Source: a virus | Length of the DNA stretch: 64,000 nt | Strand: one strand, 5' to 3' | Virus record (IMG/VR): IMGVR_UViG_3300009545_000004 | Span: 5,560 to 69,559 of that record | In this document: positions 36,597-46,037 of the stretch, one piece after another | How positions within the stretch are numbered: the first letter of the stretch is position 1 | Layout of the letters: each line of letters starts with the position of its first letter | Translations under genes and position numbers: made by a program | The notes under the pieces: model-generated | Seen by the model: only the letters and a program-made list of their open reading frames with translations | Database searches by the model: none | What the model was told of the DNA's origin: nothing

Positions 36597-38843
36597 ATGG
36601 CCAAAATGCTTATTCCATCGAACGTGAGCACCATCACGCCGATCAAGGACGACACGCCCGCCTCGTCGCGCGGCATGGACGAGGCGGGCGCAGGCGCCTT
36701 CAACCTCACGCGGCTGATGGCCCTGGTGTCGGACTGCGAAGACCAGCCGAATTGGCGCGAGCGCGCCGACCTGGCCGCCGCCTATGTCGACGGCAAGCAG
36801 TTCACGCCCGAGCAGATGGACACCGCGCGCAAGGAAGGCCTCGGCGAGGTGCGGCCGACTAACCTGATCGGCCGTGTGATCCGCTCGGTGTGCGGCACCG
36901 AGGCGAAGACGCGCACCGACGTGAAGATCGAATCGGACGACGACGACATCGAGGACGTGTCCGACGTGCTCAACCTGCGCATGAAGGAGGCGCAGCGCGA
37001 GACGTATGCCGACATGGCGGTCTCGAACGCCTATTTCGGCCAGGCGACGACCGGCATCGGCTGGGTGGAGGTCGCGCGCAACGCCGATCCGCTCGACTAC
37101 CCGTACCGGGTGAAAGACATCCATCGCTCCGAGATGTGGTGGGACTGGAAAGACCCGGACTTGGTGCTGCGCGGCGCGCGCTGGGTCGCGCGCAAGCGCT
37201 GGGGCGATCTGGACGAACTCGAAGCCGCGATGCCGCGCTTCAAGGAGCTGTTTCGCATGATGGCCAACGGCTGGAGCGGCTTCATGTGGGACAACACCCT
37301 CGACGAGACGATGATCCAGCAGTACGACGCCGACCAGAGGTATCGCAACTACCGCGGCCGGGCCGAGTGGATCGACGGCGCGAGGAAGCGCGTCAAGCTC
37401 TACGAGATTTGGTACAAGATTCCGGCCGACGCGCTGGTCATCAGCTTCTCGCCGACGCGCCGCATGCTGCTCGATCAGCGCAACCCGGCGCACATGCTCG
37501 CTATCAGCCAGGGCCGCGCCATGGTGAGCCGCTCGATCACGCGCCAGGTGCGCATGGCGCTCTTCGCCGGGCCGCATCGGCTGGTCGACATTGGCACGAA
37601 GCGGCGCAATTTCCCCTACGTGCCGTTCTTCGCCTACCGCGACGACGCCGACCAGTCGCCCTATGGACTGGTGGAGGGCATGATCGGCCCGCAGGACGGC
37701 TACAACAAGCGCCGCCTGCGCATCGAGTGGATGCTGAAGGCACGCCAGATCCAGGTCGACAACGACGCGCTCGACACGAAGGCCAACTCCCTCGCCGAGA
37801 TTGCCGACGCGGTGATGCGGCCCGACTTGACGATCGTGCTCGACGCGAACCGAAAGAATCGCGACGGCATCAAGATCGGCGCCGACTTGCAGCTTCAGAA
37901 GGAGCAGATCGACGTGATGCAGGATGACAAGCAGCTCATCCAGGACGTGCCGGGCGTCTACGGCTCGCAGCTCGGCCAGGCCGCCTCGGGCGTCACCTCT
38001 GGTATCGCGAACTCGCTGCTGATCGAACAGGGCGCGGTCGCGATGGGCGACCTGAACGACAACTACCGGCACTCGCGCCGCATGGTGTTCGAGAACCTGC
38101 TCGACTTGATCGTCGAAGACTGGTCGATGCCGAACATGCAGGCCAAGATCGGCCGCGGCAGCTCGCGCCGCGTGGTGACGCTCAACACGATCGATCCGCA
38201 GACCGGCGACATGGTGAACAACGTGGCGGACGCGCCGATGCGCGTCGGCCTCGGCGACGTGCCGAACACGCCCAGCTACCGCATGCAGCAGCAGCAGAAC
38301 ATCGCGACCATCGTGCAGGCGCTCGCGCAGGCCTCGCCGCAGGCCGCCGCGGTGCTCGCGCCGAGCTTCATCGAGCAGACCGACTTGCCCGATCGCATGG
38401 AGCGCGCCGACGACGTGCGCCACGCCCTCGGCCTGCCGACTTCCGGCGACCGCGCGCAGCAGAAGCAGCAGCAGGCAGTCGCCGAGCAACAGGCGCAGGA
38501 AAAAGCCGCGATGGACAAGCAGGCCGCGATGCAGCAGCTCGAAGCGCAGGCTGCGAACATCGAGAAGACGCGCAGCGACACCGAGCTGAACAAGGCCAAG
38601 GTGATCCAGCTCGGCCACGGCATGGCGACCGACTCGATCGCGACCGCCGACAGCGGGTTGCAGGGCCACGCGCAGACTGCCGTCGCGGCGCAGCAGGCTA
38701 ACGCGCTGGCGGCGCAGCAGGCCGCCGACGAGGCCGATCGCTCGATCATCGATGCGCAGAACAAGATGATCGCGGACGCCTTGAACGAGGCCAAGGCGCG
38801 CGGCGTGGCACCCGCCCCCGCGCCTGTTTTCGCTCAGGCGTGA
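36597..38843 (+). CDS. Portal protein (podovirus type)
   Basis: YVDGKQF, PTNLIGRVI, FPYVPF, PYGLV..MIGPQDGYNKR; follows terL. Confidence 0.9.
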   Translation: MAKMLIPSNVSTITPIKDDTPASSRGMDEAGAGAFNLTRLMALVSDCEDQPNWRERADLAAAYVDGKQFTPEQMDTARKEGLGEVRPTNLIGRVIRSVCGTEAKTRTDVKIESDDDDIEDVSDVLNLRMKEAQRETYADMAVSNAYFGQATTGIGWVEVARNADPLDYPYRVKDIHRSEMWWDWKDPDLVLRGARWVARKRWGDLDELEAAMPRFKELFRMMANGWSGFMWDNTLDETMIQQYDADQRYRNYRGRAEWIDGARKRVKLYEIWYKIPADALVISFSPTRRMLLDQRNPAHMLAISQGRAMVSRSITRQVRMALFAGPHRLVDIGTKRRNFPYVPFFAYRDDADQSPYGLVEGMIGPQDGYNKRRLRIEWMLKARQIQVDNDALDTKANSLAEIADAVMRPDLTIVLDANRKNRDGIKIGADLQLQKEQIDVMQDDKQLIQDVPGVYGSQLGQAASGVTSGIANSLLIEQGAVAMGDLNDNYRHSRRMVFENLLDLIVEDWSMPNMQAKIGRGSSRRVVTLNTIDPQTGDMVNNVADAPMRVGLGDVPNTPSYRMQQQQNIATIVQALAQASPQAAAVLAPSFIEQTDLPDRMERADDVRHALGLPTSGDRAQQKQQQAVAEQQAQEKAAMDKQAAMQQLEAQAANIEKTRSDTELNKAKVIQLGHGMATDSIATADSGLQGHAQTAVAAQQANALAAQQAADEADRSIIDAQNKMIADALNEAKARGVAPAPAPVFAQA

Positions 38844-38905
38844 GCAAGCAGGCATGAACGCGCCGCCGGACACGTCTTCGCTGCCGTTCCGCTTTTTGCG
38901 GCGCC

Positions 38906-39134
38906 GAAAAGACACGAGCCCCGCACAGAGGAGGGTGTGCGGGGCTCGGCTCCCATGCGTTTGGCCGCGATTCATCGGCCTTCGTGCCCCTTCGGCGGTC
39001 CCCCTACGCTGGGTGAAGGGCAAGTACACCGTCAAGCACGACGGCGGGCACGCGGACACCCGCATTGTGCCTCGGCGGCGGGGGCGTAATCTCCTACGCG
39101 GGCCTTCATCGACGCGCAGAACCGGATGATCGCC
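38906..39134 (-). ncRNA. Element B, copy 1: putative sRNA with anti-SD-loop terminator, plus portal 3'-end copy
   Basis: Diverged repeat of 39715-39948 with covarying hairpin. Confidence 0.5.
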
Positions 39135-39289
39135 AAGTCGTTTGGCAGGTCCCTTCGCAAGGCGACATCGCCAGCCGCATACTTTCAGGCGACCGACGGC
39201 GACCGTAGTGCGGGCTGACTCATCGGCAGGGCGACTTCAGGCGGTTCAGCTCTGGGCCGTGAGCGAGAAACCCGAAGTCTGCCCCAGCC

Positions 39290-39526
39290 GGTCTGGGGCT
39301 GCCGTGCGACCTCGAGATCGGGCGGCAGTCGATCTTCATGGTCAACGGGTTCGCGGGGCAGCTCCTGAAGCTCGACCAGAACGGCAAGGTGATTGCGGTG
39401 CTCGGCAAGCCCGGGGCTGCGCTCGGCGAGTTCGGCGAAGCGCACATGGTGGCCGTGAGTCCGAAGGGCGACGTCTACGTGGCCGACACCGTGAACGCAA
39501 CGCTGACGAAGTTCGTCGCGAAATAG
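39290..39526 (+). pseudogene. 3' fragment of a bacterial NHL-repeat beta-propeller gene
   Basis: GKPG...GEFGEAHMVAVSPKGDVYVADTVN. Confidence 0.7.
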
Positions 39527-39584
39527 CGAGAGCGTTAGACGACGAACCGGCGCGCGAGCTTCGACGCGGTGGTGCTGGACACGA

Positions 39585-39690
39585 CTTGGCTCAGGGGCGA
39601 ACTCCGCGACGCGATGCACGCCATCCTGCGCGGCGGCGCCGGGCACAACCTGCTGATCCGAGCGCACCTGAGGGTGCATCTGTTGGTCCT
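39585..39690 (+). pseudogene. C-terminal fragment of an IS5-family transposase
   Basis: WLRGELRDAMHAIL..GAGHNL.IRAHLRV resembles the IS5 Tnp C-terminus. Confidence 0.55.
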
Positions 39691-39714
39691 TTTCGGTAGG
39701 CCATTGCTGTGCCT

Positions 39715-39948
39715 GAAAGGCACGGGCCCCAGCACGGAGGAGGTTCGTGCGGGGCCCGGCCCCGTCGTGCGGCCTGCCGCTACGAGTCAGCAGACCTTCG
39801 TGCTCCTTCGGCGGTCCCCTTACGACGGGAGAGGGGCAAGTGCACCGTGGTGATCCAACCCCGGCGAGCACGCAGACAGCATCCATTGTGCGTTGGCGGG
39901 GATGCAATTCTGCTACTCGGGCCGTCATCGCGCCAGAACCTGGTGATC
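39715..39948 (-). ncRNA. Element B, copy 2
   Basis: Diverged repeat of 38906-39134. Confidence 0.5.
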
Positions 39949-40149
39949 CTCCGGCGTAGGTGGGCATCCGCGTGGCGATGTCGCTGATTCCGCCCTTGGC
40001 AGATGGCAGAGTGAAGAAGATGGCAAGCGCCGTCTCGCAAGCTACATACAGCCTGTATACAGCCTGTATAAAACTCTGCCTGTACGGTTCTCCATCACAG
40101 AGTCAAATCGTGTAGAATTGCGCCATGATCACAGTCAGGAGCGACTTCC

Positions 40150-40626
40150 ATGAGCACAAGAATTACCGTTGGCGGAGTCGTGATAGAGCTGGACTCCGTG
40201 GCATATCTTGGCGAGGCGATGAAGCAACTTGCTCCATACTTGTCGTTGCCAACTGTGGCCCGCGCGACAGAGGCTGCACCGGCACCGGCACCAGCACCAG
40301 CACCAGCACCTGCACCTGCACCCGCTGAGTCGACCAGGCAGAGCGCACTGAAACTCTTGCGCCTTCTGCGAGATTACCGCGCATCCGGCGGCGCACGGTC
40401 CGAAGAAGTAATGAAAGTCCTTGGCGCAGCGCACGCTAAGGGCATCGGCTCAAAAATGACACCGGTTAACGCCTACCTCCAGCTTCTGGATTTTGAAGTG
40501 GCAGAGGTCTACAAGAACGACAGGGATGCCACTGGAAACAGGATGTGGATCCCGGGCGAGAGGTTTGACGAAGCGCTACAAAAGATCTCCGATTCGAGAG
40601 CCGAAGACATTGGCGATCTTCTTTGA
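40150..40626 (+). CDS. Moron gene, hypothetical with (PA)n linker
   Basis: Own -10 TAGAAT and AGGAG RBS; lower GC. Confidence 0.7.
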   Translation: MSTRITVGGVVIELDSVAYLGEAMKQLAPYLSLPTVARATEAAPAPAPAPAPAPAPAPAESTRQSALKLLRLLRDYRASGGARSEEVMKVLGAAHAKGIGSKMTPVNAYLQLLDFEVAEVYKNDRDATGNRMWIPGERFDEALQKISDSRAEDIGDLL

Positions 40627-40660
40627 AAGGAGGGAGCGCCACTACGTGGGCGCAATAAAC

Positions 40661-40697
40661 GACAAAGGCCGCCGGTTATGAGCCAGCGGCCTTGGTC
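40661..40697 (-). ncRNA. Hairpin with tRNA(CAU)-type anticodon loop CUCAUAA; terminator of a possible antisense sRNA
   Basis: Minus strand AAGGCCGCTGG-CTCATAA-CCGGCGGCCTT then U-rich tail. Confidence 0.5.
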
Positions 40698-40807
40698 TGG
40701 TTCTGAGGCTGAGCCACCATCACCATGTCTTGGTCGACTTGGGCAGTGTACACCTGCATGATGGGCAGCCCCGCCTCAGTGTTCTCCTAGCACTTCGAGG
40801 GCTTGAT

Positions 40808-40933
40808 ATGCACTTCTGCGCATATCCCAGGAGCGTTCACGTTCGCGACTACGTTCGATTCCGGTACGGCCGGCTTGAGCACGTTTGCGAGCATTGCCGG
40901 TCGCTTCCCGGCCAACTGACCTTGTTCGGTTGA
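40808..40933 (+). CDS. 41-aa basic small protein
   Basis: GAGGG RBS; VHVRDYVRFRYGRLEHVCEHCRSLP; own terminator. Confidence 0.6.
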   Translation: MHFCAYPRSVHVRDYVRFRYGRLEHVCEHCRSLPGQLTLFG

Positions 40934-40948
40934 TCATTCCATGACCGC

Positions 40949-40984
40949 GGCCCCGGGCGTCAGATGCCGGGGCCTTTTCTTCTT
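40949..40984 (+). terminator. Intrinsic terminator
   Basis: GGCCCCGG...CCGGGGCC-TTTTCTTCTT. Confidence 0.8.
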
Positions 40985-41295
40985 GCCGCCACGCCCGATC
41001 GAAAGTGCCATTGCTCGTCGGCATTCATGCCACGATGTGCTCGACTCCGCCCTTCAGGCCGGCGTACTGGCTTGCGGCTTGAGCGGGTTACGGTCTTGTC
41101 CGCCGTCGACTCGTAAGCGACGGTATGGGTTTCGCGAACTGATTGAGATGCCGTTTCTTTGTCGAGCCATCCCCGGTCGACGTTGAGAAGGGCGTAGCCG
41201 CGCATGCACCTCTGGCGCCAGCATGCCGACCAAGGGACACAGGCATGCGACCTCTCGCGCCGGCCGCGACTCCTGCATATCCTTTCTGCAATAGC

Positions 41296-41439
41296 CCAGT
41301 GCAATTTGGTCGCTCTATTGCACTGGCGAGTGAGAGAGCGACAGCCAGTTGCGAGGACTCGTCCCACTCGCGACTGCGGATGCGGGGGACGGTGGGCCGC
41401 AGGGCCCTCGGGACGCCACCCGTATGAATGGCCGAGGGC
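41296..41439 (+). promoter_or_regulatory. Structured leader of scaffold gene (tandem hairpins / possible pseudoknots)
   Basis: Two 10-bp stems with 11-nt loops complementary to downstream sequence; third stem abuts the RBS. Confidence 0.55.
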
Positions 41440-41450
41440 AAGGATCAGCG

Positions 41451-42377
41451 ATGGAAGACTCACGAGCCGAGTTCAACAAGGACGACATGGAGCTGCTGGC
41501 CCAGGCGCAACGGGAAACCGATGCGCAAGAGGCGGCGGCTGCTGCGGCGGCCCAACAAGCCGAAGGGACCGATCCGCCAGCGCCTGCGCCGGCACCGACC
41601 CCTGCTGAAGCACCCGCTGCCCCGGCGCCAGCCCCGGCACCTGCTGATGCACCTGCAGCCCCTGCAGCACCGGCCCCGGCACCCGCCGAGGCGAAGGATG
41701 GTGGCTCGCCCAAGGCTGCGCTTCGCGCTGGCCGGCAAGCCGAACGCCGTCTGCGTCAGGAGAACGAGGCTTTGCGCCGGCAACTGGAAGCGAGCAGCGC
41801 GGCTGCGACCGACCAGACGCCCAAGGAGCCCGACGAAACCCAGCTCAACGACGTTCGAGAGTACGCGCCAGAAGTCGGAGCGCACATCGAGCGGCAGAAA
41901 GCCGAGATTGAACGACTCCGCGCACTCGTGCCGCCCGCGCCACCGCCAGCCAAGGCCTACGTGCCTGACGTGCTGGACGATACGGTGCAGGAAGCTGTGG
42001 ACGAGAACGAAACGCTGTCCGACTGGCATACGTTGGCTGAACACCGCGACAAGTGGGAACAAGCCGTCGCGTTCGACACCGCACTTCGGCAAAAACCGGA
42101 GTGGAAGGATCGACCGCTGAAGGATCGTCTCGCTGCAGTCGTCGCGCTTGTGCAGACACCGCTTGCAGACCCCTCGAAGGCACCGGCTCCGGCCCCTGCC
42201 CTCGATGCGGCCCAACGGGCCATCGCCGCCGCCGCTGCTTCCCCTGCAGCGCCGGTGACGCTCGGGGACTTGAGGGGCGGGGCCACACCCGCATCCGTCT
42301 CTCCCATGGACCCCTACCAGATGGTGAAGGCAGGCAAAACCGACGAGGAGATCATGGCCTCGCTGCCCCAGCTCTGA
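41451..42377 (+). CDS. Scaffolding protein
   Basis: Pro/Ala-rich, coiled coil, immediately upstream of capsid gene. Confidence 0.75.
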   Translation: MEDSRAEFNKDDMELLAQAQRETDAQEAAAAAAAQQAEGTDPPAPAPAPTPAEAPAAPAPAPAPADAPAAPAAPAPAPAEAKDGGSPKAALRAGRQAERRLRQENEALRRQLEASSAAATDQTPKEPDETQLNDVREYAPEVGAHIERQKAEIERLRALVPPAPPPAKAYVPDVLDDTVQEAVDENETLSDWHTLAEHRDKWEQAVAFDTALRQKPEWKDRPLKDRLAAVVALVQTPLADPSKAPAPAPALDAAQRAIAAAAASPAAPVTLGDLRGGATPASVSPMDPYQMVKAGKTDEEIMASLPQL

Positions 42378-42412
42378 AGTAGCCATGGGGGAGTCCCTTC
42401 GAGGACTTCACC

Positions 42413-43711
42413 ATGTCAGTGACCACCGTTGCAAGCGGCGCAGGAATCGCCGTCAAGCAGTACAGCAAGGCCCTGTCGGCAATGGCCGTGCGCCAGCCGA
42501 CCCCGCTCAAGTCCCTCATGGGCCCGATGCCCAGCGAGGACGCCGCGCTGCGCAAGCTGCGGCAGCAGAGCACCATCGAAATGCCCGTCGTGCGTGTCGA
42601 CGAGCTGTCGAAAGGCCCGGGTGACACCGTGCAAGTCGACTGCGCACACGTGGTGAAGCTGCGCCCGATCATGGGCGACCAGAACGCCGAAGGCAAAGGC
42701 GCTGCGCTGAAGTACAGCTCGCAGGACATCAAGATCGACATGGCGACGCTCCCGGTGTCGGCTGGCGGCAAGATGACTCAGCAGCGAACGAGCCACTCGA
42801 TGCGCCAGAACGCCCTGATGCAGCTCAAGGGCGGCATGCCGCGCTTTCGGTGGCAGCGGGCGCTCGCGATGTTGGCGGGCGCCCGCGGCGTGCAGGACGG
42901 CACCGACTGGATCCTTCCGCTCGCGACCGACCCCGAGTTCGCCGAGATGATGATCAACAGCGTCAAGGCACCCACCTACAACCGCCACTGGGTGGTGTCG
43001 GGCGCGAGCCTGGTGCAGGGCGGCCAGCAGCTCGGCGCGATCGTCTCGACGGACACGATGAAGCTCGGCGTGATCGACGAGTTCGCGGCCATCTGGGCCG
43101 AGATGAGCACGCGCATGGCGCCCGTCTCGATCCCGGGCGACCCGGCGGCCGGCGATGACCCGATCAAGGGCATCCTGTTCGTCGACGAACTGGTGTGGAA
43201 CGACCTGGTGACCGACACCAGTGCCACCAACCTGCGCACGTTCGAGACGAACGCGATGAAGCGGGCCAACTACGGCGACCTGAAGAGCCATCCGCTCTTC
43301 TCGGGCGAGCCGATCATGTGGCGCAACATCCTGGTCCGCAAGATGAGCACCGCCGTGCGCTTCAACGCGAGCGACAGCGTGAACATCGTGACCGCGGCCA
43401 ACCGGCTGACGGGCACCGAGAGCGCGCAAGTGGTCAACGCGGCCATCACCGCGAACTACCAGGTGTCGCGCATGCTGTTCCTGGGCGCCCAGGCGCTCGC
43501 CTCGGCGTCGGGCGCGAACCAGACGAGCGAAGAGACGTACTCGCTGCTGGAGCACCGCACGAACTTCGACCGCAACCTGGAGTTCGCGGGCGAAATCATC
43601 GGCTCGGAGCAAAAGCTGCGGTGGTCGCTGCCGAACTTCAACGGCGACCTGGAGCCCACCGACTTCGGCGTGGCCGTGATCGACACCGTGGTGCGCAAAC
43701 GCATCGTCTGA
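42413..43711 (+). CDS. Major capsid protein, N4-gp56/DUF4043 type
   Basis: ELSKGPGDTV, PIMGD..AEGKG, GGKMTQQRT, HPLFSGE..MWRNILVRK. Confidence 0.9.
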   Translation: MSVTTVASGAGIAVKQYSKALSAMAVRQPTPLKSLMGPMPSEDAALRKLRQQSTIEMPVVRVDELSKGPGDTVQVDCAHVVKLRPIMGDQNAEGKGAALKYSSQDIKIDMATLPVSAGGKMTQQRTSHSMRQNALMQLKGGMPRFRWQRALAMLAGARGVQDGTDWILPLATDPEFAEMMINSVKAPTYNRHWVVSGASLVQGGQQLGAIVSTDTMKLGVIDEFAAIWAEMSTRMAPVSIPGDPAAGDDPIKGILFVDELVWNDLVTDTSATNLRTFETNAMKRANYGDLKSHPLFSGEPIMWRNILVRKMSTAVRFNASDSVNIVTAANRLTGTESAQVVNAAITANYQVSRMLFLGAQALASASGANQTSEETYSLLEHRTNFDRNLEFAGEIIGSEQKLRWSLPNFNGDLEPTDFGVAVIDTVVRKRIV

Positions 43712-43776
43712 TGCCCTGAGCGGGCCGCGCTGCCCGCTCGTGCACCTCCCCACAAGCCAACCGAGGACATCTCACC

Positions 43777-44217
43777 ATGGCATCAGTCAAAGCTCTCAAG
43801 GCCCTCGCACCGCAGATCATGCGGGTCGACGGCACCGCGGCCTTCGTCACCGACAAGATCGTGCTCGCCGCAGCCCCCGCGGCGGCCGACACGCTGGACT
43901 TCCTCCTGCCTGCCGGCTCGCAGCTCTGCCAACTGGAGTTCTTCCTGGACGACAGCGACACCGGCGCGGCCTTCGTCTTCAGCGTCGGCTATCGGCCCGT
44001 CAACGCGGCCAGCTCGCTCGCAGCGGCGCCGGCCTACTTCGCGGCGGCTGGTCAAACCACCGGCCAGGCCGGCGGCCGCCTCGAATGCGCCTTCAAGCCG
44101 ATCAGGTTCGAGGAAGACGTTTACATCATGTTGACGGTCGGCGTCGCGCCGGCCGGGATCGCGGGCAACCCCGAGATTCACATGATCGCGGGCATCAACC
44201 AGGTCGGTCCGAAGTAA
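43777..44217 (+). CDS. Capsid decoration/cement-like protein
   Basis: Follows MCP; Ala-rich beta character; UUCG hairpin downstream. Confidence 0.6.
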   Translation: MASVKALKALAPQIMRVDGTAAFVTDKIVLAAAPAAADTLDFLLPAGSQLCQLEFFLDDSDTGAAFVFSVGYRPVNAASSLAAAPAYFAAAGQTTGQAGGRLECAFKPIRFEEDVYIMLTVGVAPAGIAGNPEIHMIAGINQVGPK

Positions 44218-44260
44218 GCACCGGCGGGCCTTCGGGCCCGCCCTTCAAGGAGCCGCACAC

Positions 44261-44710
44261 ATGAGCGAGCAAACCGTCCGCGTCGAGCTGGTTTGGCCCG
44301 AAGAACGCGGCGCGAAGGACGATTGCCGCGCCGGCACCGGCGTCGTCTGGAGCGGCAAGGGCGACATCCAGGACTATCCGGCGGCGCTGTGGCCGAGGCT
44401 CGCGCCGCACCCGGACGTGTGGCGCCTGGTCGATACCCCGAAAGAGCCCCCGAGCGCTGACGAAGAGGCGCGCATCGACGCTGAGCGTGCGCGCAGCGCA
44501 GGCGCGGAAATCGGCGCCGACACGGTGCTCGTGGGGCTGGCCGGCCCCGGCTCGACGCCGCCCCGGATGCTGAGCGTCGATGAACTCGCCGACATGAGCG
44601 ACGAGGCCGTCTACAGCGAGGGCGCGGCACGCCGCTACCGGCTGCATCCGCGTCTGAACCCGGTGAACCTGCGCGCCAAGTTCCTGGAACAGCAAGGCGG
44701 CGTCGAATGA
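44261..44710 (+). CDS. Virion-cluster hypothetical
   Basis: AGGAG RBS; GTGVVW...HPDVW. Confidence 0.65.
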   Translation: MSEQTVRVELVWPEERGAKDDCRAGTGVVWSGKGDIQDYPAALWPRLAPHPDVWRLVDTPKEPPSADEEARIDAERARSAGAEIGADTVLVGLAGPGSTPPRMLSVDELADMSDEAVYSEGAARRYRLHPRLNPVNLRAKFLEQQGGVE

Positions 44711-45351
44711 CCATCCTCGTCAGCGACGTGATGAGCGCGGTGCGCAAGCAGCTCCGCGACCCGCTGCCCGGCATCGTCTGGTCGGATGCCGACTTGCTGA
44801 ACTTCGCCAACGAGGCGCAGCGCACGTGCTGCGGGCTGCGGCAGGACTTGTTCACGAAGCGCGGCCCGATCCCGCTGGTCGCCGGGGTGCTGCAGTCGAT
44901 TCCGGCCAATGGCACAGTCTTCATGCGCCTGGACGGCAATGTCGGTGGCCCGCGCGTGCGCCTGGTCGACTCCGCGGTGCTCGATTCGGCGCTGCTGGCC
45001 TGGCCGAGCGTGACGCCCACGGTGATGGTGAGCGAGTATTGCGCCGACGCGAAGGACCGCAAGCACTTCAGCGTCTATCCGCCGAACAACGGCACCGGCT
45101 CGGTCGTCGGGCTCTACGGCATCAGCCCGGTGGTGCTCGCCGCGCCCGCCGACGCGCTGACGATCGATGACGACTTCGAGACCGCCATCAAGGAGCTGAT
45201 GCTCGCGCAGTGCTTCGGCTTCGTCACGCCCAAGCAGGACTTGCAGCGCGCGGCGATGCACCGCAAGAACGCCGAGACGACGCTCGGCGTGAACAAGCAG
45301 AGCGAGGCCGAGAGCAAACCCAAGTACGGCGCGACGCCGGGAGGTGCATGA
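44707..45351 (+). CDS. Head-tail adaptor (DUF6682-like), paralog 1
   Basis: QLRD..VWSDADLLNFANEAQ...LVAGVLQSIP...FSVYPP. Confidence 0.7.
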   Translation: MTILVSDVMSAVRKQLRDPLPGIVWSDADLLNFANEAQRTCCGLRQDLFTKRGPIPLVAGVLQSIPANGTVFMRLDGNVGGPRVRLVDSAVLDSALLAWPSVTPTVMVSEYCADAKDRKHFSVYPPNNGTGSVVGLYGISPVVLAAPADALTIDDDFETAIKELMLAQCFGFVTPKQDLQRAAMHRKNAETTLGVNKQSEAESKPKYGATPGGA

Positions 45352-45352
45352 C

Positions 45353-46030
45353 ATGGCCCAGGTGCCGATTGCCGAGCTGCTCACCGACATCACGCTGCTC
45401 TGTCGCGAAGCCCCCGGCATCGTGCTCCAGGGCGCCTACCTGCGCGCCGCACGCATGTTCTGCGGCAAGACGCGCTGGCTGCAAAAGCCGTCCGCCTTCA
45501 CCACCGAGGCCGACAAGGTGGTCTACACCATCCCGCCGCCCGACGAATTCACCGACGTGATCGGCATCCATGCGGCCTCGCTGACCGAAGACGGCCGCAA
45601 GGTCGACGTGCTGACCGAAGGCTACTCCGGCGAGTGGGACCCGAACCAGGTCACCGACACGCCGCGCGTCCCCGACAGCTACCAGTACGTCCCCGAGGGG
45701 CAGATGGCGCTCTATCGCACGCCGAATCAGGCCTGGCAGGTGAATCTGACGGCAGTCGTGCAGCCCAAGCGCGACGCCCCGAGCATCGACGCGACGCTGG
45801 TGATCGCCTGGGACTATGCGCTGCAGGCCGGCGCGCTGATGTACCTGCTGAACCTGGCGCGCACGCCCTGGACCGACAAGGTGGAGGCCCGCGCGCAGGA
45901 AGCGAAGTTCGTCGGCCTGTGCAACCAGGCGCACATGAGCATGCAGCGCGGCTTCAACGCGGGCGCGCAGACCACCGACCGCGCGGGCAGCTCCTCCGGG
46001 GCGATCCGCACCCGCATCCTTCCCATCTGA
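45353..46030 (+). CDS. Adaptor/tail tubular-like virion protein
   Basis: LRAARMFC..TRW...GALMYL...PWTD. Confidence 0.65.
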   Translation: MAQVPIAELLTDITLLCREAPGIVLQGAYLRAARMFCGKTRWLQKPSAFTTEADKVVYTIPPPDEFTDVIGIHAASLTEDGRKVDVLTEGYSGEWDPNQVTDTPRVPDSYQYVPEGQMALYRTPNQAWQVNLTAVVQPKRDAPSIDATLVIAWDYALQAGALMYLLNLARTPWTDKVEARAQEAKFVGLCNQAHMSMQRGFNAGAQTTDRAGSSSGAIRTRILPI

Positions 46031-46037
46031 GGCGCCC

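Noticed and set aside
38975-39030. Glycine riboswitch (CCGCCGAAGG.GCA)
   Set aside because: Lacks the GGAGA and CTCTCAGG elements and has no downstream metabolic gene
39585-39690. Intact IS element
   Set aside because: Only ~100 bp of degenerate transposase tail; no inverted repeats or DDE core seen
40046-40100. LexA (SOS) box
   Set aside because: No CTGT-N8-ACAG spacing is present
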